Positions 1 to 23,910 of a stretch of DNA of 64,000 nucleotides are shown in pieces. The translations under genes were made by a program, and so were the position numbers. The DNA comes from Eledone cirrhosa (Eukaryota), in the NCBI GenBank assembly GCA_964016885.1, contig OZ024748.1, positions 58,280,001 to 58,344,000 of the forward strand, given 5' to 3'. Below the pieces are notes generated by a model, which was not told the DNA's origin, did no database searches, and was given only the letters and a program-made list of their open reading frames with translations. Every line of letters starts with the position of its first letter. Within the stretch, counting starts at the first letter, position 1.

Positions 1-1640
1 TATAACTTTGAATAACTTTGAAATATTTTGGCCAGTATTGGCCCAGGCCATGTCTAACTTAATAGCACCACCTGGCGAAGTCTTTCAATTCAGGATTTGG
101 GCACCATGGCCCATTCGAGAAGAGAATTACTGTTTGCGGAGACATATCCGGGTGTGGGTGGTTTGTCCGGGATTACTTGGAGGAATTTGTCCAAAGACTT
201 CTTGAATTTTGTGTGGTCAGTTTCTGTTTTGACGTGTCCTGATGTGATGTTGAAGAGAGCAGGGCCGATTGAGGTGAAATAATTGTGCCGTATTGTTGTT
301 ATGAGTTGCGATTTAGATTTTTGAATGGGACGGATAGCACGGGGCCCAAGCCTTGGGTGTATCTTGAAGGCGATGCCAACATCATTTGGGCAGTGATGAT
401 GGAACATTTTCCACATCATGCAGATAATATAACGCTCACGGCGACGTTGGAGTGAGTAAAGTTTCAGGTTTTCTAATCGACCCCAGTAGTCAAGGTCTGA
501 CATGCCATCTATCTTTTTCGTGATTGCCCTTTGAGCAGCTTCAAGTTTCATGATACTTTGTTTCGTGTGGGGAGACCACAGTGGACAACAGTATTCAAGG
601 TGTGGTCGGGCAAAAGTAGAGAAGAGAAGGATAATGGTGCGGGAATCTCTCGACTGGAAGGTTCTGAGGATCCAGGAACACATTCTGCGGGCCATGTCAA
701 CTTTGCTGCTTATATGCGTGGTCCAGCTTATGTTGCTGTCCACGGTTACTCCCAAGTCTCTGATGTTGTTAGATGCCACGAGAGTTTCCCCGGAGGGAAG
801 GGAGTACGGGAGTTTCAGAGCATCCTCTTTTCCAAAGTGGATCAGTTCGAATTTGTCTTCGTTCAGTAACATGTTGTTCTTTTCCGCCCATTGGGTAACA
901 GCCAGTAGGTCTGACTGAAGGCTTATCCGGTCATCCACGCCATTGATGACCTTTTGGAGCTTGGAATCATCAGCGAAAATTTTAATGTTGCTGTGTTTGA
1001 TGATGTCAGTGATGTCATTAATATAGATGATGAAGAGAATTGGGCCCAACACAGTGCCTTGTGGGACCCCACTACTGACTTTGGCTGGGCTGGATTTGAC
1101 TCCCTCAACTACAGCATGTTGGGTTCTGTTTGACAGGAAGCTCTTGATCCACTGCAGCTGCTTTCCAGTGACACCAATATTGGACAGCTTTCTCAGTAGA
1201 ATGTTATGATCAACCCTGTCAAAGGCCTTGCTGAAATCAAGGTAGATAACATCAGTGTTGGAACCCTCTCCCAAGGCTCTCAAAATGTCATCAAAGTGAT
1301 GCAGTAGCTGCGTCAGGCAATCCCTTCCATTACGGAATCCATGCTGGTTGGAGTTCAGCATATTGTTACTCTCAAGGAAGTGGGTCATTCGCGATCTCAC
1401 CACTCTCTCAAATACCTTAATGATATGAGAGGTGAGTGAGATTGGACGGTAATTCACGGCAAGGGATTTGTTTCCCTTTTTAAAAACTGGGACAACACAC
1501 TGGGATAGAAGGTTTTCTGGCACATATCCAGCATCCAGTGAGTTCCGCCACAGATTGGCAAGAGGAGATGCAAGTTGGTGTTGACACACCTTCAAGACAC
1601 AAGCAGGGAACCTATCGGGACCTACTGCTGAATTATGCTT
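1..1640 (-). mobile_element. 5'-truncated CR1-clade LINE: uninterrupted RT domain and C-terminus (ORF stop at 90), short 3' UTR and tandem tail
   Basis: Translation shows [72 protein letters not shown] and [10 protein letters not shown]. The tail is a CAAAGTTAT repeat at 1-22. The 5' end stops at the TA satellite. Confidence 0.95.
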
Positions 1641-1645
1641 ATGAA

Positions 1646-6922
<5,277 letters not shown>

Positions 6923-7510
6923 TACTCATTTACTCTTTTACCTGTTTCAGCCATCCGGCTGAGGCCATGCTGGGGCACCGCGCTTGTTGCTACACATTTT
7001 ATCTCCAACCTGTATAGGTTGGCCACTGGTGTAGGAGGGAGTTTATTGCTGCTGCCCTTAGGTTTCCCTCGTGTCTTGCTGTGGGCTCATCCGGGATCCT
7101 GGATAACAAGGTGTCAAGATGTTTCTTAAAGACATCCACCTCCACGTCAGGCAAGTCTCTCAGATGCCTCGGCAACCTGTTGAAGAGTTGAGGGCCCTTG
7201 AATCCCAGGCTATTGCAATACCTGCTCCTTATTTTAGATGTGGAAGACGGGACCTTTGGCACCACACATTGACGTCCTGTTCGACGGTTGGTCCAGCTCC
7301 CAATGCCTAAGTTTGGTGCTAGTCCCTCCAGGATTTTCCACATGTAGATCACTGCGTATCTCTCCCGTCTTCGCTCCAAGGAGTAGAGGTTCAGTTCCTT
7401 TAGCCTCTCCCAGTAGCTTGTCTCCCTCATCTTGGCAATCCTCTTGGTATAGCTTCGCTGGATTGCCTCAAGCTCCGTGGTTAGTTTGACACTATGGGGT
7501 GACCATTGAC
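6923..7510 (-). mobile_element. 3' fragment of a second CR1-clade LINE family
   Basis: WSPH...LEAIQRSYTKRI...YWERLKELNLYSLERRRERY...[16 protein letters not shown]. The 3' end reads CGGTGCCCCAGCATGGCCTCAGCCGGATGGCTGAAACAGGTAAAAGAGTAAATGAG. Confidence 0.92.
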
Positions 7511-9390
7511 CGTGAACGTTTGTCAACAATGTCGTCTGGCAAATTATATTACAAATTGTCGAGAGAATATTGCCAAAGCATCTCGCGCGGGAATACAAAA
7601 AACATAGCTGTTGTACAATAAAGAAACCCCAGGATTATAATTATTAACTTTTTGGTTATATTTGTTAAAATAAGTAAATATGTAAATCGGGGAATAAAAT
7701 TGACTCTGAGGAGGAAAATAATAAGTTACTATATTGAGGCTTACAGGATGATATATATATGGTATGTTCGTGTTTAAAAATGAAGAGCATGCCAAACGTG
7801 TCTTCCGTGAGAAGGGGCTTTTATAAAAGAAGATTGCATAGCTTGTAGGAGAGAGGATGAGAATAATTGAATAGTTTGGAGAGGATAATTAACTGCATGG
7901 CACTTCTACGTTTAGAATATTTAGCTGAGAGGGCTATACAACTGGGGCTTGATGTTTTTTAGGAGATGTAAACAGCGCGTGACCGTCTCATGAAAACAGC
8001 CCATGTGAAAACAGCCCATGCACGTCTCAGGTCTGGAGTTCTGTAATTTTTTCGAATGTTACAAACCATGGAATTATGTTTATTTTTCTCCCTGTTACGA
8101 ATACCATAGTCGTTTGTTGATTACTTTGGTATAGAGACTATGGTTTTATAATATCCACCATTTTATCATATTGGTATGCTGTATTTCCTAAGCCTTTTTT
8201 GTCTGAGCCATTGCTGATTTCATTTCATCGTGTCTTCTGAAGTTCCATTTATCTGCTTATTCTTTGGCTGCTTTTTTTTCACTTATAACTTCTGCTTCAT
8301 ATATTATTGATCTCATGTTAAATCCTGTTTCAGAGAGCATTCATCCTTTATCCAGCAGATTTAGTAGCTTCTGCATTTGTGTGAAGTGTGTATTTGTAAT
8401 CAATATAAATTTCTATTTCACAATTAATCCAAACCTCGAACATTTTTATGCAATTCTTCGTGAAGTGTTTTTTCCCCTTTAAATATATAATTCTATCAGT
8501 GCTCAGAATTATATAGTTAGACATATCTCCTGGTATTTCATGTACCTATATCGCTAATTCATTGGGAAACCTAGACATCATAACACCCCACTCTTATAAA
8601 TGATTCGAAATGAAAGCTATATAAAAGTGCGTGTAAAAAAAAACACTTAAACATATCTGACCTATGAGATGCTCGTAATATGCATAACTGAATGTTTTTT
8701 TTCTGTAAATTCATAAATATTTTCATAATTAACAAGGGATTGTGCATGCCATTAATTCAGAGAAACATTCTTGCAGTAAAGATGTGTGCAGCTGAGAAGA
8801 ATATTCCCCTGTACGCAGTGCTTTCAGATAAGCGTTCAAACAATATTGATAAATCCATAAATCGGGATTACTAGTGAAAGCTATCCAGTGAGAATTATAT
8901 CTTTACGATTTTCTTGCTTTCATATGAGTTATCCAGTAATAAACTAGATATATGAAGCTGAAAGTAAATTATAAATATTCAAATATTTTAACACTATTAA
9001 GACAAACATAATTTTGTTTCACCCTCACGTAAAGTATTTGAGGCAATGATATTTAATTATACGTAGTAGATAGTGTTAACAATCACTACATATTCCCCGA
9101 AAGTGTATCGACGGAACACAATGATGCAGCATTCCTATTAATATATATTCCTATTAATATATATGAATCAGCTAAGTAAAACCAGATAATATGTGCATCG
9201 TTGGTTAATTTTTGAAACATGTCAGTAAATATTCTACATGAAACATATCAGCTTTTTTTCAAAGATTCAATATTCTGACATGGCTAAGATTTTTGCTATA
9301 CTTTGTTCAGATTTCTCTACAAAAAAGCGTGAATCACCATTGAATTACTGGTTGAAACTTGTAAATACAGTTACGTAAACGCGCGCGCGC

Positions 9391-9427
<37 letters not shown>

Positions 9428-10389
9428 GGTGTCGGTTTCTGTGTGTGTTTGCGTGTCTGTGTCTTATATTATTTGTACATACAATACATTATAACCAATT
9501 CGCAATTATATTCAACTATCTAGAGAGATGTAGAGAGATATTAGGAACTGAATCAATAAAATAAATTTGAATTGGTATAAGTGCAAAATGTTGATTTGTA
9601 ACTGTAATAGGTTTATATATCCTAGATCGATAAAATATATATTTATAATATATTTGAACAAGGTAATTCAATCAGTTATGTAGCGTTGGGCCGAAATGTT
9701 ATAATAAACATTAAATTATTGGCATATAATATATATATATTTAATATGAATATCACATGTCAAAGAAGTATGTATTTTGCAAATGATGGGTGAATTGAAA
9801 TGTAAAATTTACGCTATGCAATAATTTACATTTTATTTTATATGCTCATGTGTTTGAAAACAAAGTTTATTCAATCAAAATACATTTGCTTCAATTTATC
9901 TCTCGGACATTGAAATAATATTTTAGATTATGTTATGCACGTGGTATTCCTTATGCATACGCACGCGCACAAACACACTGTGTACGTATATATATATATA
10001 TATATATATTTGAAAAGAAGAAAAATAATGACTCAACTTGTAGTGTTAACAAATTTTTGATTGTCTGACAATCGCTACAGACAGACGAATGCCAGAAAGT
10101 TCGCCAGCTCAAGTTAACCAGGAACCTCTAAAATTCGTACCACCGAAGTTAACAGAGAACTTACTGGATCTACCAACTCATAATATTATAATATTATAAA
10201 ATTAACTCAAAATATTGTTAACACTACACGTGGTGCCATTCTTTTCCTTTTTATCAAATATAACTAACTGTACCAAGGATCTCACACATTTTCCAATATA
10301 TATATATATATATATATATTCACACACACACACACACATATAAATATATATATTAAATGTGTGTTTTAGTAAACAAATATACACAGCAT

Positions 10390-10428
10390 ATATCTGAAAA
10401 GAGGGTTTACCTCCGAAATATTATTCCA
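10390..10428 (+). ncRNA. degenerate hammerhead-like motif
   Basis: CTGAAAA GAGG gttta CCTC CGAAA TATTA; helix I is missing; about 90 nt of tail precede a short (TA)n. Confidence 0.3.
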
Positions 10429-10599
10429 ATATTCCCTATGTAGAACATTACTTTATTTTGCTTTATTTCGTTTCATCTACCCTCCTTTTGTAATTTCTAT
10501 CATTTCGCGGAGATATATATAAGTGGCAGGCCTATAGATAGGTTCGGAATATTTTCAAGACCAAATTGATATTAACTTTAGGTTTTTATTATTACTATT

Positions 10600-10715
10600 A
10601 CTTGACTTTCATCAGTAGGGAATTGTTGAAATAAAACACCAGTAACGTACTGGCGTCAATTTGATTGACGTTTCCCTACCCCAGAATTGCTGGCCTTGTG
10701 TCTAACACCAGAAAT
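10600..10715 (+). mobile_element. decayed SINE 3' half
   Basis: ttgactttcatc...aaataaaacaccagtaacgtactgg...gaattgctggccttgtg matches the SINE family below. Confidence 0.6.
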
Positions 10716-11264
10716 ATGTATTAATCATGAAAACAATATATAAATCTTTTGGTTCAGCAGTTGGATGGTTATTAATTTTCAAGACTCTGTTATCACACAT
10801 ATCAATGTATATATTGTATTTCTCTCTAAATCCTTCATATAGAAGTTATTGCTGTAGGTCCATCTTGACTTATTGTTTCGCATATTAAGATACTTCACCA
10901 GGACTCTTTTACATAAAAACGTTTAGTAGTGTCCACATTGTTAATGGCGTTTTTACAAGGTTTTCATTTTGAATTCCCCCTCCAGCCAAATTACAATTTC
11001 CTGAAAATTGACATGGGTAATGAAGATGCATTTTATAAATGGATAAATAATCCAGAAACCAGTGAGTTAACTTCAAACGCAACCACTAAGTGAATGCGCA
11101 AGATAAATTAGACTGACCGTTTTATAATAAAATGATGTAGTTTGCTTGAAGTATTGTATACGATATATAACGCTGAAAGAGATAGAAGGCTGAACAATGC
11201 AAAATGAACTGTAAGTTGAGGTGACGAAAAGTAAAAGTAAGATACCTGGTAAACTTTGTTGCAG

Positions 11265-11438
11265 TCTATTTTGTTTTCTTCAATATTTCGGAACGTAAAC
11301 GACCTAGGCGAACAGGGACCACCTATGCCCTTTCAGAGTCCCTGCAGATATACTGGGAGAAATGATGATAATGAATCTGAAATTGAAGTCTTGACCCAGA
11401 TGCTTGGGGAACGAGTAGTCTCCGTTAACGGCAGCTAG
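11265..11438 (+). other. possible terminal coding exon or pseudo-exon, unidentified
   Basis: GC-richer island after ttgttgcag; open frame RNVNDLGEQGPPMPFQSPCRYTGRNDDNESEIEVLTQMLGERVVSVNGS*; no recognisable family. Confidence 0.2.
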
Positions 11439-12337
11439 AGAATATATGATGCTTATTTCATGAAATTTTATTTTACGTTTCTCAGTAATATTGATTTTTA
11501 ACATTGGCAGCGTTCCGCAAATCTCGTCTCCAAAGTCAGCATGTCTTACAAGTTGGACGGCTTTTTATAGTAGACTTTAAATAGTGACATTAAGAAACTA
11601 ACCATAAATCACGAACATTTATTTTTTTATAATTTTAGCTTGAGAAAAATCCAATGAATATACTTACATAAATACATACATGCGTGCACACATATACTTA
11701 TATACATACATACAGAGACAGCCATACATACATTTATAGACAGATATACGGACAAACTGACAGACAATCAAGACCCGGATTAATGTCACTTGATGCCATA
11801 AGCATCACCCTAAAGTGGTAGCCACATCGATCTTATCAATTCCTAAATAAGAATATATTAAGGCTTAATACAGCTGGATATGTAATACTACGTTAAAATA
11901 TGTTTTCTTCCAAGAAAGGCAAATGATTTTCAGAATTGATAGATCGTTTTGCGGAGTTTCCTCTACACATAGTTGACAGGTTTACATTACATCACTTGGG
12001 CAATGACGAAGAAAGTGCCACACCAGTCTTTTTCTGGCTATTAATATACTCAATATCCTATAGTTTTTAAGTGTGTAGGGGGAAAGACTGTTTTGTATAT
12101 TAAATGGGAATTTAAATCTATAAACAATTTCATTAATAAATATCAGCAAGTAATTTAATATTAATAAGTTAAAAAGATAAAATTCAAATAATCACGACGT
12201 TTTCTTTCGTTTGCAGATAATTGCTGGTGCACTATATAGGTGCCCCTAGTGTTTAATTGTTAAGACATACTGGGTTCAAATATAAACAGAATCCCTCTCG
12301 CGTACAAGCAAATCTTTCCAATATGCACAGATACACC

Positions 12338-12402
<65 letters not shown>

Positions 12403-12412
12403 TCTCTCTCTC

Positions 12413-12576
12413 TAGGGTGTCGAAAATGTGTATACGCACTCGATATCCAAAAAATGCACTAAAATAAATCCTGTTTACATTCAATTGGTTTGTTTGTAGA
12501 TCATTTTTGTGAAAGGTTCTGCATTCTAATGAATATTGCCTGTACAGGCGTGTATATATTTTAGGGGTATACCCTG

Positions 12577-12578
<2 letters not shown>
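12413..12578. mobile_element. possible Tc1/mariner-type MITE
   Basis: Imperfect terminal inverted repeats: AGGGTGTCGAAAATGTGTATACGC versus GCGTGTATATATTTTAGGGGTATACCCTG, followed by TA. Confidence 0.35.
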
Positions 12579-12634
<56 letters not shown>

Positions 12635-13969
12635 GGACTTTTAGCTCATTGTGACCATTATTTATTCAAGAGTTGAGGAATAGTGAGTGTACTATGTAGT
12701 GCGATTGATTTATATACATAGATTATACCCCATATGTACATGGAATCGTAAAAGGACTGCAACACACTCCTTCCTACATAATAATAAAAGCATTCGAACT
12801 TATTCTATCGAAAGAGAAAAACGTAAGGAAATAAGATTTCAACATCTTGAGTCTTTTTAGTGTCCGTACAGATGACATGAAGCTTTATATATTATTAAGC
12901 TGACGAAATCCCATACTCTCACTACAGATCTGTTATAACGTCGAACTTATTTACAACGACATTTAGATTTCCCTTCACGATGGACTGTTTATTATATGTA
13001 CAAGCTTTACGACATTTATGGGAATACAATGTATATAAGCTACGTAAGAGTTTCGAAAGGAAAATGAACGTTAGATAAAGATCCCCGCCTACGAAATGAG
13101 TAACAGACAAGAAAGATTATAAATCTCCATCATTATATCTATAAAGAAATCTGATTTATAATGTAAGGATTTTATGCTGTTGCAGGTTAATCTGATTCAG
13201 TATAGATACGCTTAATGGAAAATGTTTCGATATCACAGAACAGGACATGACGAAAGAGAAATTTCAAACCCTTGAAAGTGTCATGAAAATAGCTATGGCT
13301 GCATTCATTTATTTGTTTATCTCATAGGTTATAAGAATGTTGAGAGAGATACTCAACGTTTTAAAATAATACAGCATTCTGATTATGTTACATATTTTAC
13401 CTTGTTCAGGATCATAAGATCAAACAATAGAATATATAATTTTATCTTCTTTTATCTTGTTCAAAATCATAAGGTCGAAGTAAAGGATTTATAGCTTTAT
13501 TTGACATTAATGCAACACTTTTTGTTTCACAATACCTGTGGCGTTTGTGAATACGTCCGCAATCTAATTCATCATGCACTTATATGTGCATCCACGCACA
13601 TGTATATGGAATATATATGCTATGGATTTCATATCCAAGACCCTGAATCTAAACAGAGTATAGAGAAAAAATGTATAATTCAGAAAGTGTATCTAGTTTG
13701 GTCAGTAAACTTAAGAGGATAGTTACAAAAGAATTTAGCTTAAGACATTTACTTAACAATGAAGAAAGATAAAATGTCTGTATACGCTGATAAACTTCGT
13801 GGTTCCATCTAGAGGGAAACATGTTCCAAATTGATGTGTAAAATAATAGATAACTCGAAATAAAAAGAAACATGATGGTATAATCTAAAATAAAATCATT
13901 TCTAATAATGATTTAAGAACTAATTATAATAAAACATATAATAGTGCAATATCAAAGTCCTGGTTTTGG

Positions 13970-14026
<57 letters not shown>

Positions 14027-14132
14027 TAAACGGAATAGAAAATGCTGACAAATTGTTCACAGTGAAAAATAGTTGAATTAGGAATAAGTGCTAATTAGTA
14101 ATAGTATTCGTTAGTATTAAGTTTTGGTTATA

Positions 14133-14172
14133 AGTTTTACCGGTTGCGCATTTCTAATGCTTTTCAAAAATA
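14133..14172 (-). ncRNA. type I hammerhead, U3-A8 core, GAAA mutated to GCAA
   Basis: ttt TTGAAAA GCAT tagaa ATGC GCAA CCGG TA aaa; about 110 nt of tail lead to (TA)n at 14022. Confidence 0.6.
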
Positions 14173-14320
14173 ATTTTGAGATAGAGCGTCCGCGATGTTT
14201 GCTCTGATCTATATATAACGAAGGAGATGTGGTAAGAAACCAAGTAGATCATAACGCACCAAAGTACTCAGTACTTAGGATAGTATAGTGGGTAATAGGA
14301 ACGAGTAGGTCCTACTCGTT

Positions 14321-14395
<75 letters not shown>

Positions 14396-14613
14396 GTTTC
14401 TGAATTTGTTTAGCAAGAATCTTTTTGGCAACATGACCCTCCCAAAGTATAACAATATATTGTTTTATATTTATTTATCTTGAATAAATTGTTTCTTATA
14501 AAACAATTATTTTTGTTTTATGCTTCGCGACTGTTGAGCCATCCAATATATTGTTATACTTTGGGAGGGTCATTTTGCCAAAAAGAATCTTGCTAAACAA
14601 ATTCAGAAACTAC

Positions 14614-14685
<72 letters not shown>

Positions 14686-14845
14686 AACGAGTAGGACCTA
14701 CTCGTTCCTATTACCCACTCTACTACCCTAAGTACTGAGTACTTTGGTGCGTTATGGTCTACTTGGTTCCTTACCACATCTCCTTCGTTATAAATAGATC
14801 AGAGCAAACATCACGGACGCTCTATCTCAAAATTATTTTTGAAAA
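14161..14845. repeat. nested ~690 bp imperfect palindrome containing Hydra-PLE tail copies
   Basis: 14161-14322 is the inverse of 14682-14845; 14391-14463 is the inverse of about 14545-14615; (TA)n separates the arms. Confidence 0.9.
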
Positions 14846-15149
14846 ACAATTTATTCAAGATAAATAAATATAAAACAATTTTTTTTTTTTACGTATCGTG
14901 ACTTTTGGGCAATCCAAAACAGAACTCTGATCGATACTGCCCATAGCTAAAGCGAATTATTGTCAATTCAATAACAATTGTCACTCAGTATATTCGCTCC
15001 GCTCGCAGCTCATGCTGTCTACAATACTTACCCACTTAAAATAGAATAATATATCAAGATATAGTAAAATGACTTGACATATATTCGTCTATAATGGATG
15101 TGCAAGAATCTAACACCAAATACTCATACAATAATAATAGTAATTAGAA

Positions 15150-15915
15150 TGATTTCTAGTATTGGCACAGGGCCAGTGATTTGTGTGTGGGGGGGGGGGG
15201 GGAGACATACAGTCGATTAAATCGATCCCAGTACATTACTGGTGCTTTATTTTATCGACCCCCTAAGAATGAAAGACAAAGTTAACTCCAGCGGGATTTG
15301 AACTCAGACCGTAAAGCGGCGTAACTCTATGCTGCAAAGCATGGCGTCCGACCCTCTACCGATACTGCTAATCCCCCACGCTGGTGATAATAATAATAAT
15401 AATAGTTTCTGGTTTAGGCACAAAGCCAGCAATTATTTTCTAAGGGTGATATTCGATTAAATCGACCACCAGTGCATTACTGTTACTTTATTTTATCCAC
15501 CCCGTAAGGATGAAAGGCAAAGCTAAACTCGACGGGATGTGTAGTGAGAACGTAATGGGCCATAACTGTATATTGCAAAACATGGTGTCTGTCGCTCTAC
15601 CGATACTGCCAATCTATCGACCCCAATGCATTACCACTACTTTATTTTATCGATCCCGTATGGATGTAATGCAAAGTTCACATTGGGTGTATTTCAACGC
15701 AGAACGCAAAGGGTCATAACTCTATGCCACAAAGCATGTCGTCCGACGCTCTACCGATATGCTAATCATTCGACCTCAGTGCATTACTGGTACTGTATTT
15801 CATCGACCTCGTAAAGATGAAAGGCAAAGCTATGGTCGGCAGGATTTGAACACAGAAGTTAAAGGGCCTTAACATTATACCGCAAAGCATGTTGTCGGAC
15901 GCTCTACCGATACTA
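15150..15915 (-). mobile_element. cluster of four tandem or partial tRNA-derived SINEs
   Basis: Repeated ttttatcgaccc..taaggatgaaaggcaaag..gggatttgaactcag..ctctaccgatactgc. B box GAGTTCAAATCC lies on the minus strand. The central GCCTTTCATCC..GGTCGATAAAAT..GTACCAG resembles the Deu/Nin SINE domain (from memory). Confidence 0.9.
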
Positions 15916-17584
15916 ATAACTTGATGACTGTCATTTCTAAACGGATATCGATGTTTGGAAAGCGATTAAACGTGTCTTTGAGTAACTGATTTAAAAAACC
16001 TGTCAGAAATATTTATATTTGTTGCGTGATAGCAATTGAGCATATATTAGCTATTAATATTTAATGTTACGAAGCTTATATCAGGCAATTTTCAGCATAT
16101 GGAAGCTGCCAACTAAATTGATTCTTTGCTTGGCATGCCATTAATGTCATTTGATAATGTATTAACCTCTGGACACTATATATTCTATCACCTATATAGC
16201 ATGAGTTACAGCTATTTTAATTAATTAAGTTTCACAATGATACAAAGTCGTTTGTCGGACAGAATGATGCAAGCATGAAATACATTTGTACCTGTTGTTT
16301 TATGACATATCGAACACAATGTCATGAAAGTTAAATCTGAAACTACCCATTATGAATCCTTTATACGCCAAGCTAATTAAGACCATTTTCCCACAATTTC
16401 TACAATGAAGCAAGGCAGAGATATGTTATCTGTCGTGTAGGTAAAACGTAATAAGTTGAAATAAATATGCTCATCATAAAGAAGTTGAAATATTTCATTT
16501 CGAAATTGTTGTTTTAGTGGCCGGGAATTGCATTGAAGTTCAAAAACTATTTCGCTACAGTGATAACATTTGAAATTTCAAATCATCCACTGTATTTTTA
16601 CATGAGCTAGTATTAACTCTTAGATGATTTTTTGTCATTCCACTATTTGGGAAGCGTTATCCATTAAAGCACTATCTATTGTATATATATATGGATGGCA
16701 AATCTATTTGGCCTTTAAACACAGATGTCACATCCCCGAACTATGGAGGGGATTAACCCATCTATTTCTATTATCTATCGGAATTACTGGCTGATAGTGA
16801 CAATATATATATGTAATGTATATATTGAGTGTGTGTAAGTGTGTGTATTCTTAATCATACTTACACAAATCTGTAATCGTTTCGCTTTTACCTGTCTTGT
16901 TGAATCATAATTGTAATACATTAATTTCACGTTCTAAGTATATACTATACTATTGAATATTCATAATTTAACTCTGTACAATAAACTACCAGTAATGTAC
17001 TGAGTAAATGCTGGTCTTGTGCCAAAAGTAGAAACAATTATTTAAATCTGCTTTTCGATACAAATATTATCTCTATATATCAAACATCCAAAGGCACATT
17101 ATATATTCTTTGAAATATAAAACATGCATGTACAATTAAGCAATTTTACACAGCCAGAATACTAGGACATATCACATTAAAATTCAGTTTTATGAATACA
17201 AAATATGATTATTCGTGAACTATTAAAACGTTGAAACCGTGGTAAATTAACCTGAGCGAAACTGGAACCAAAGTTCATTTAAAGTTATATTATCGTTAAG
17301 AAATATGTTATATAGCTTTTTCGTGATTTAACAAAACAGAGAACCTGGAGTGTTAGGACTGGACATATTTTAGATAGAAGCTGTTCGAAGATTGTTGACA
17401 TAATGTTAATACCCACAAGAAAAAGCTTGATACATTTTATCAGCTGCAAGATGTTATCGTATAATCTTCCTCGGCGCTAGATAATCTTACTTTATGCCTA
17501 GTTAGTATTATATCATTCACCATAAATTCACTAATGTACTAACAATATGTCTTTCATTATTCATTTTCGATTTTCGCCCCTTCA

Positions 17585-17635
17585 ATGTTTACTTTTCTAC
17601 GAGTGTGATGGTGGTATTGACTATCACCTGGAATA

Positions 17636-17715
<80 letters not shown>

Positions 17716-17784
17716 ATATATATGTATGTGTGTTATTCCAGGTGATAGTCAATACCACCATCACACTTGTAGAAAAGTAAACAT
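17585..17784. repeat. ~56 bp inverted repeat centred on (CA)n/(TA)n
   Basis: ATGTTTACTTTTCTACGAGTGTGATGGTGGTATTGACTATCACCTGGAATAACAC and its reverse complement, one mismatch seen. Confidence 0.92.
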
Positions 17785-17838
17785 ATATATATATATATAT
17801 ATACCATTCTAGTCGTATACAATCGCTTTCTCTCTCTC

Positions 17839-17897
<59 letters not shown>

Positions 17898-17898
17898 A

Positions 17899-17970
<72 letters not shown>

Positions 17971-17973
<3 letters not shown>

Positions 17974-18079
17974 AAAGCATAACAAGGACGAATGGTTACG
18001 CCTTCATTACATTTATTGGTAGGTGACGCGCGTTTCGCCACTGATTAGCTCAAAGTTCGATCTGTATCGATCCTACCCG
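17971..18079 (-). ncRNA. hammerhead-like element end with altered 5' core
   Basis: GGTAGG atcgatacagatcgaactt TGA GCTA atcag TGGC GAAA CGCGC GTC a CCTACC; helices I-III are present but CUGA is disrupted; the tail runs into (TA)n. Confidence 0.5.
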
Positions 18080-22577
<4,498 letters not shown>

Positions 22578-22605
22578 TTTTCAAATGTAACCGTTTAACT
22601 TTCGA

Positions 22606-22636
<31 letters not shown>

Positions 22637-22864
22637 TTATTTTTCCCTCTTTATAAATCTTTTTCCAGTGGATATCGCTGACTGTTATGATTCATGAGAC
22701 GTTTTCCTAGATATATTGTAGTATCATAGACTTATAAATTTTAGAACACTTACAGTATGCAACGTTTTTTCTTACTCACACATTCTCTAATGAATTCATT
22801 ACGTTTTCGCATTTTCTCATTGATTAAATCTTAACCATTTAACATCTCAGGGTATGTCATGTAT

Positions 22865-22924
22865 CATTATATTTTGTCTGATGAAGACGTACTGTCGTAC
22901 ATCTGAAATATGTATAATAAAATG
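22865..22924 (+). ncRNA. minimal type I hammerhead in a PLE-like 3' end
   Basis: CTGATGA AGACGTAC tgtc GTACATCT GAAA TATGTA TAATAAAATG; the tail to (TA)n at about 23067 is related to the 45480 and 46005 copies. Confidence 0.7.
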
Positions 22925-23736
22925 TAATTGATCAAAAGGACATCTATTTTATTAATACTTATATTTTAATAATAATAACTCTAGAAAATTATTTTAAGTT
23001 GAGTGCTTCCAATCTACTGTAAAACTCATACTTTGACATAATCATTGGATATTATTTAAGAATTTTATATATATATATATTGGAGGGGTGTTCATGTTTC
23101 TGTAAGTGAAATGGAAATTTGCAGAAAGAATGTCTCATATTAGTATCTAATTATTTCATGATATATATATTATTCATATAATTTTTGTAGTTTTATTTTT
23201 CTTATTCTAACACAACTTCCTTTGGTTTTCAAAACCACATGGTATTTCCTCGCTTACATTGAAGTAGAATTTTGATAGGATAGGATGCCTTATTTACATA
23301 TGCTTTCAAAGAACGAACTACGTGAGAAAGGCAGCAACAATATTGTTATAAATAATTAGAGCCCCAGAGTAAATGTAAGGATCTTGTACTGCTGTTAGTA
23401 TTTTTGTTAATTGACATCTTATTTTCATTCAAAATCATTAATTTATTTAATGAAATCGTTTTTCAGTATTATATTTGCTACTCGACACATTAGCATGTGT
23501 AAGCTCCTGTGTTTCACACCCTTAAACGATAACGAACGTTATAATGTTCATTCTTTACATATTGTTAAATATCAGATTGCTTACAGCCATTTCTATTTTG
23601 CATTAAATAGATTTTACCTCCTGGTTAGTTCATGAAATTTTGTTATAAATTAATTATAATTGAAATCCAATCTCATATACACATATATATACGTCATTTC
23701 ATATGTGTATATATATATATATGTGTGTGTGTGTAC

Positions 23737-23900
23737 TTTTGGCACAAGGCCAGTAATTATCCTACTGTATTACTGGTATGTTATTTTATCGGCCCCGTTA
23801 AACTTGGCGGGATTTGGACTCAACCCATAAAGGGCAATAACTCTTTGCGGCAAAGCATACATAGAGTCTGACCCTCTACCGAGACTGCCAATCCCGCACC
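23737..23900 (-). mobile_element. SINE copy
   Basis: ttttggcacaaggccag...ggatttggactc...ctctaccgagactgccaatcc. Confidence 0.85.
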
Positions 23901-23910
23901 CTGATGATGG

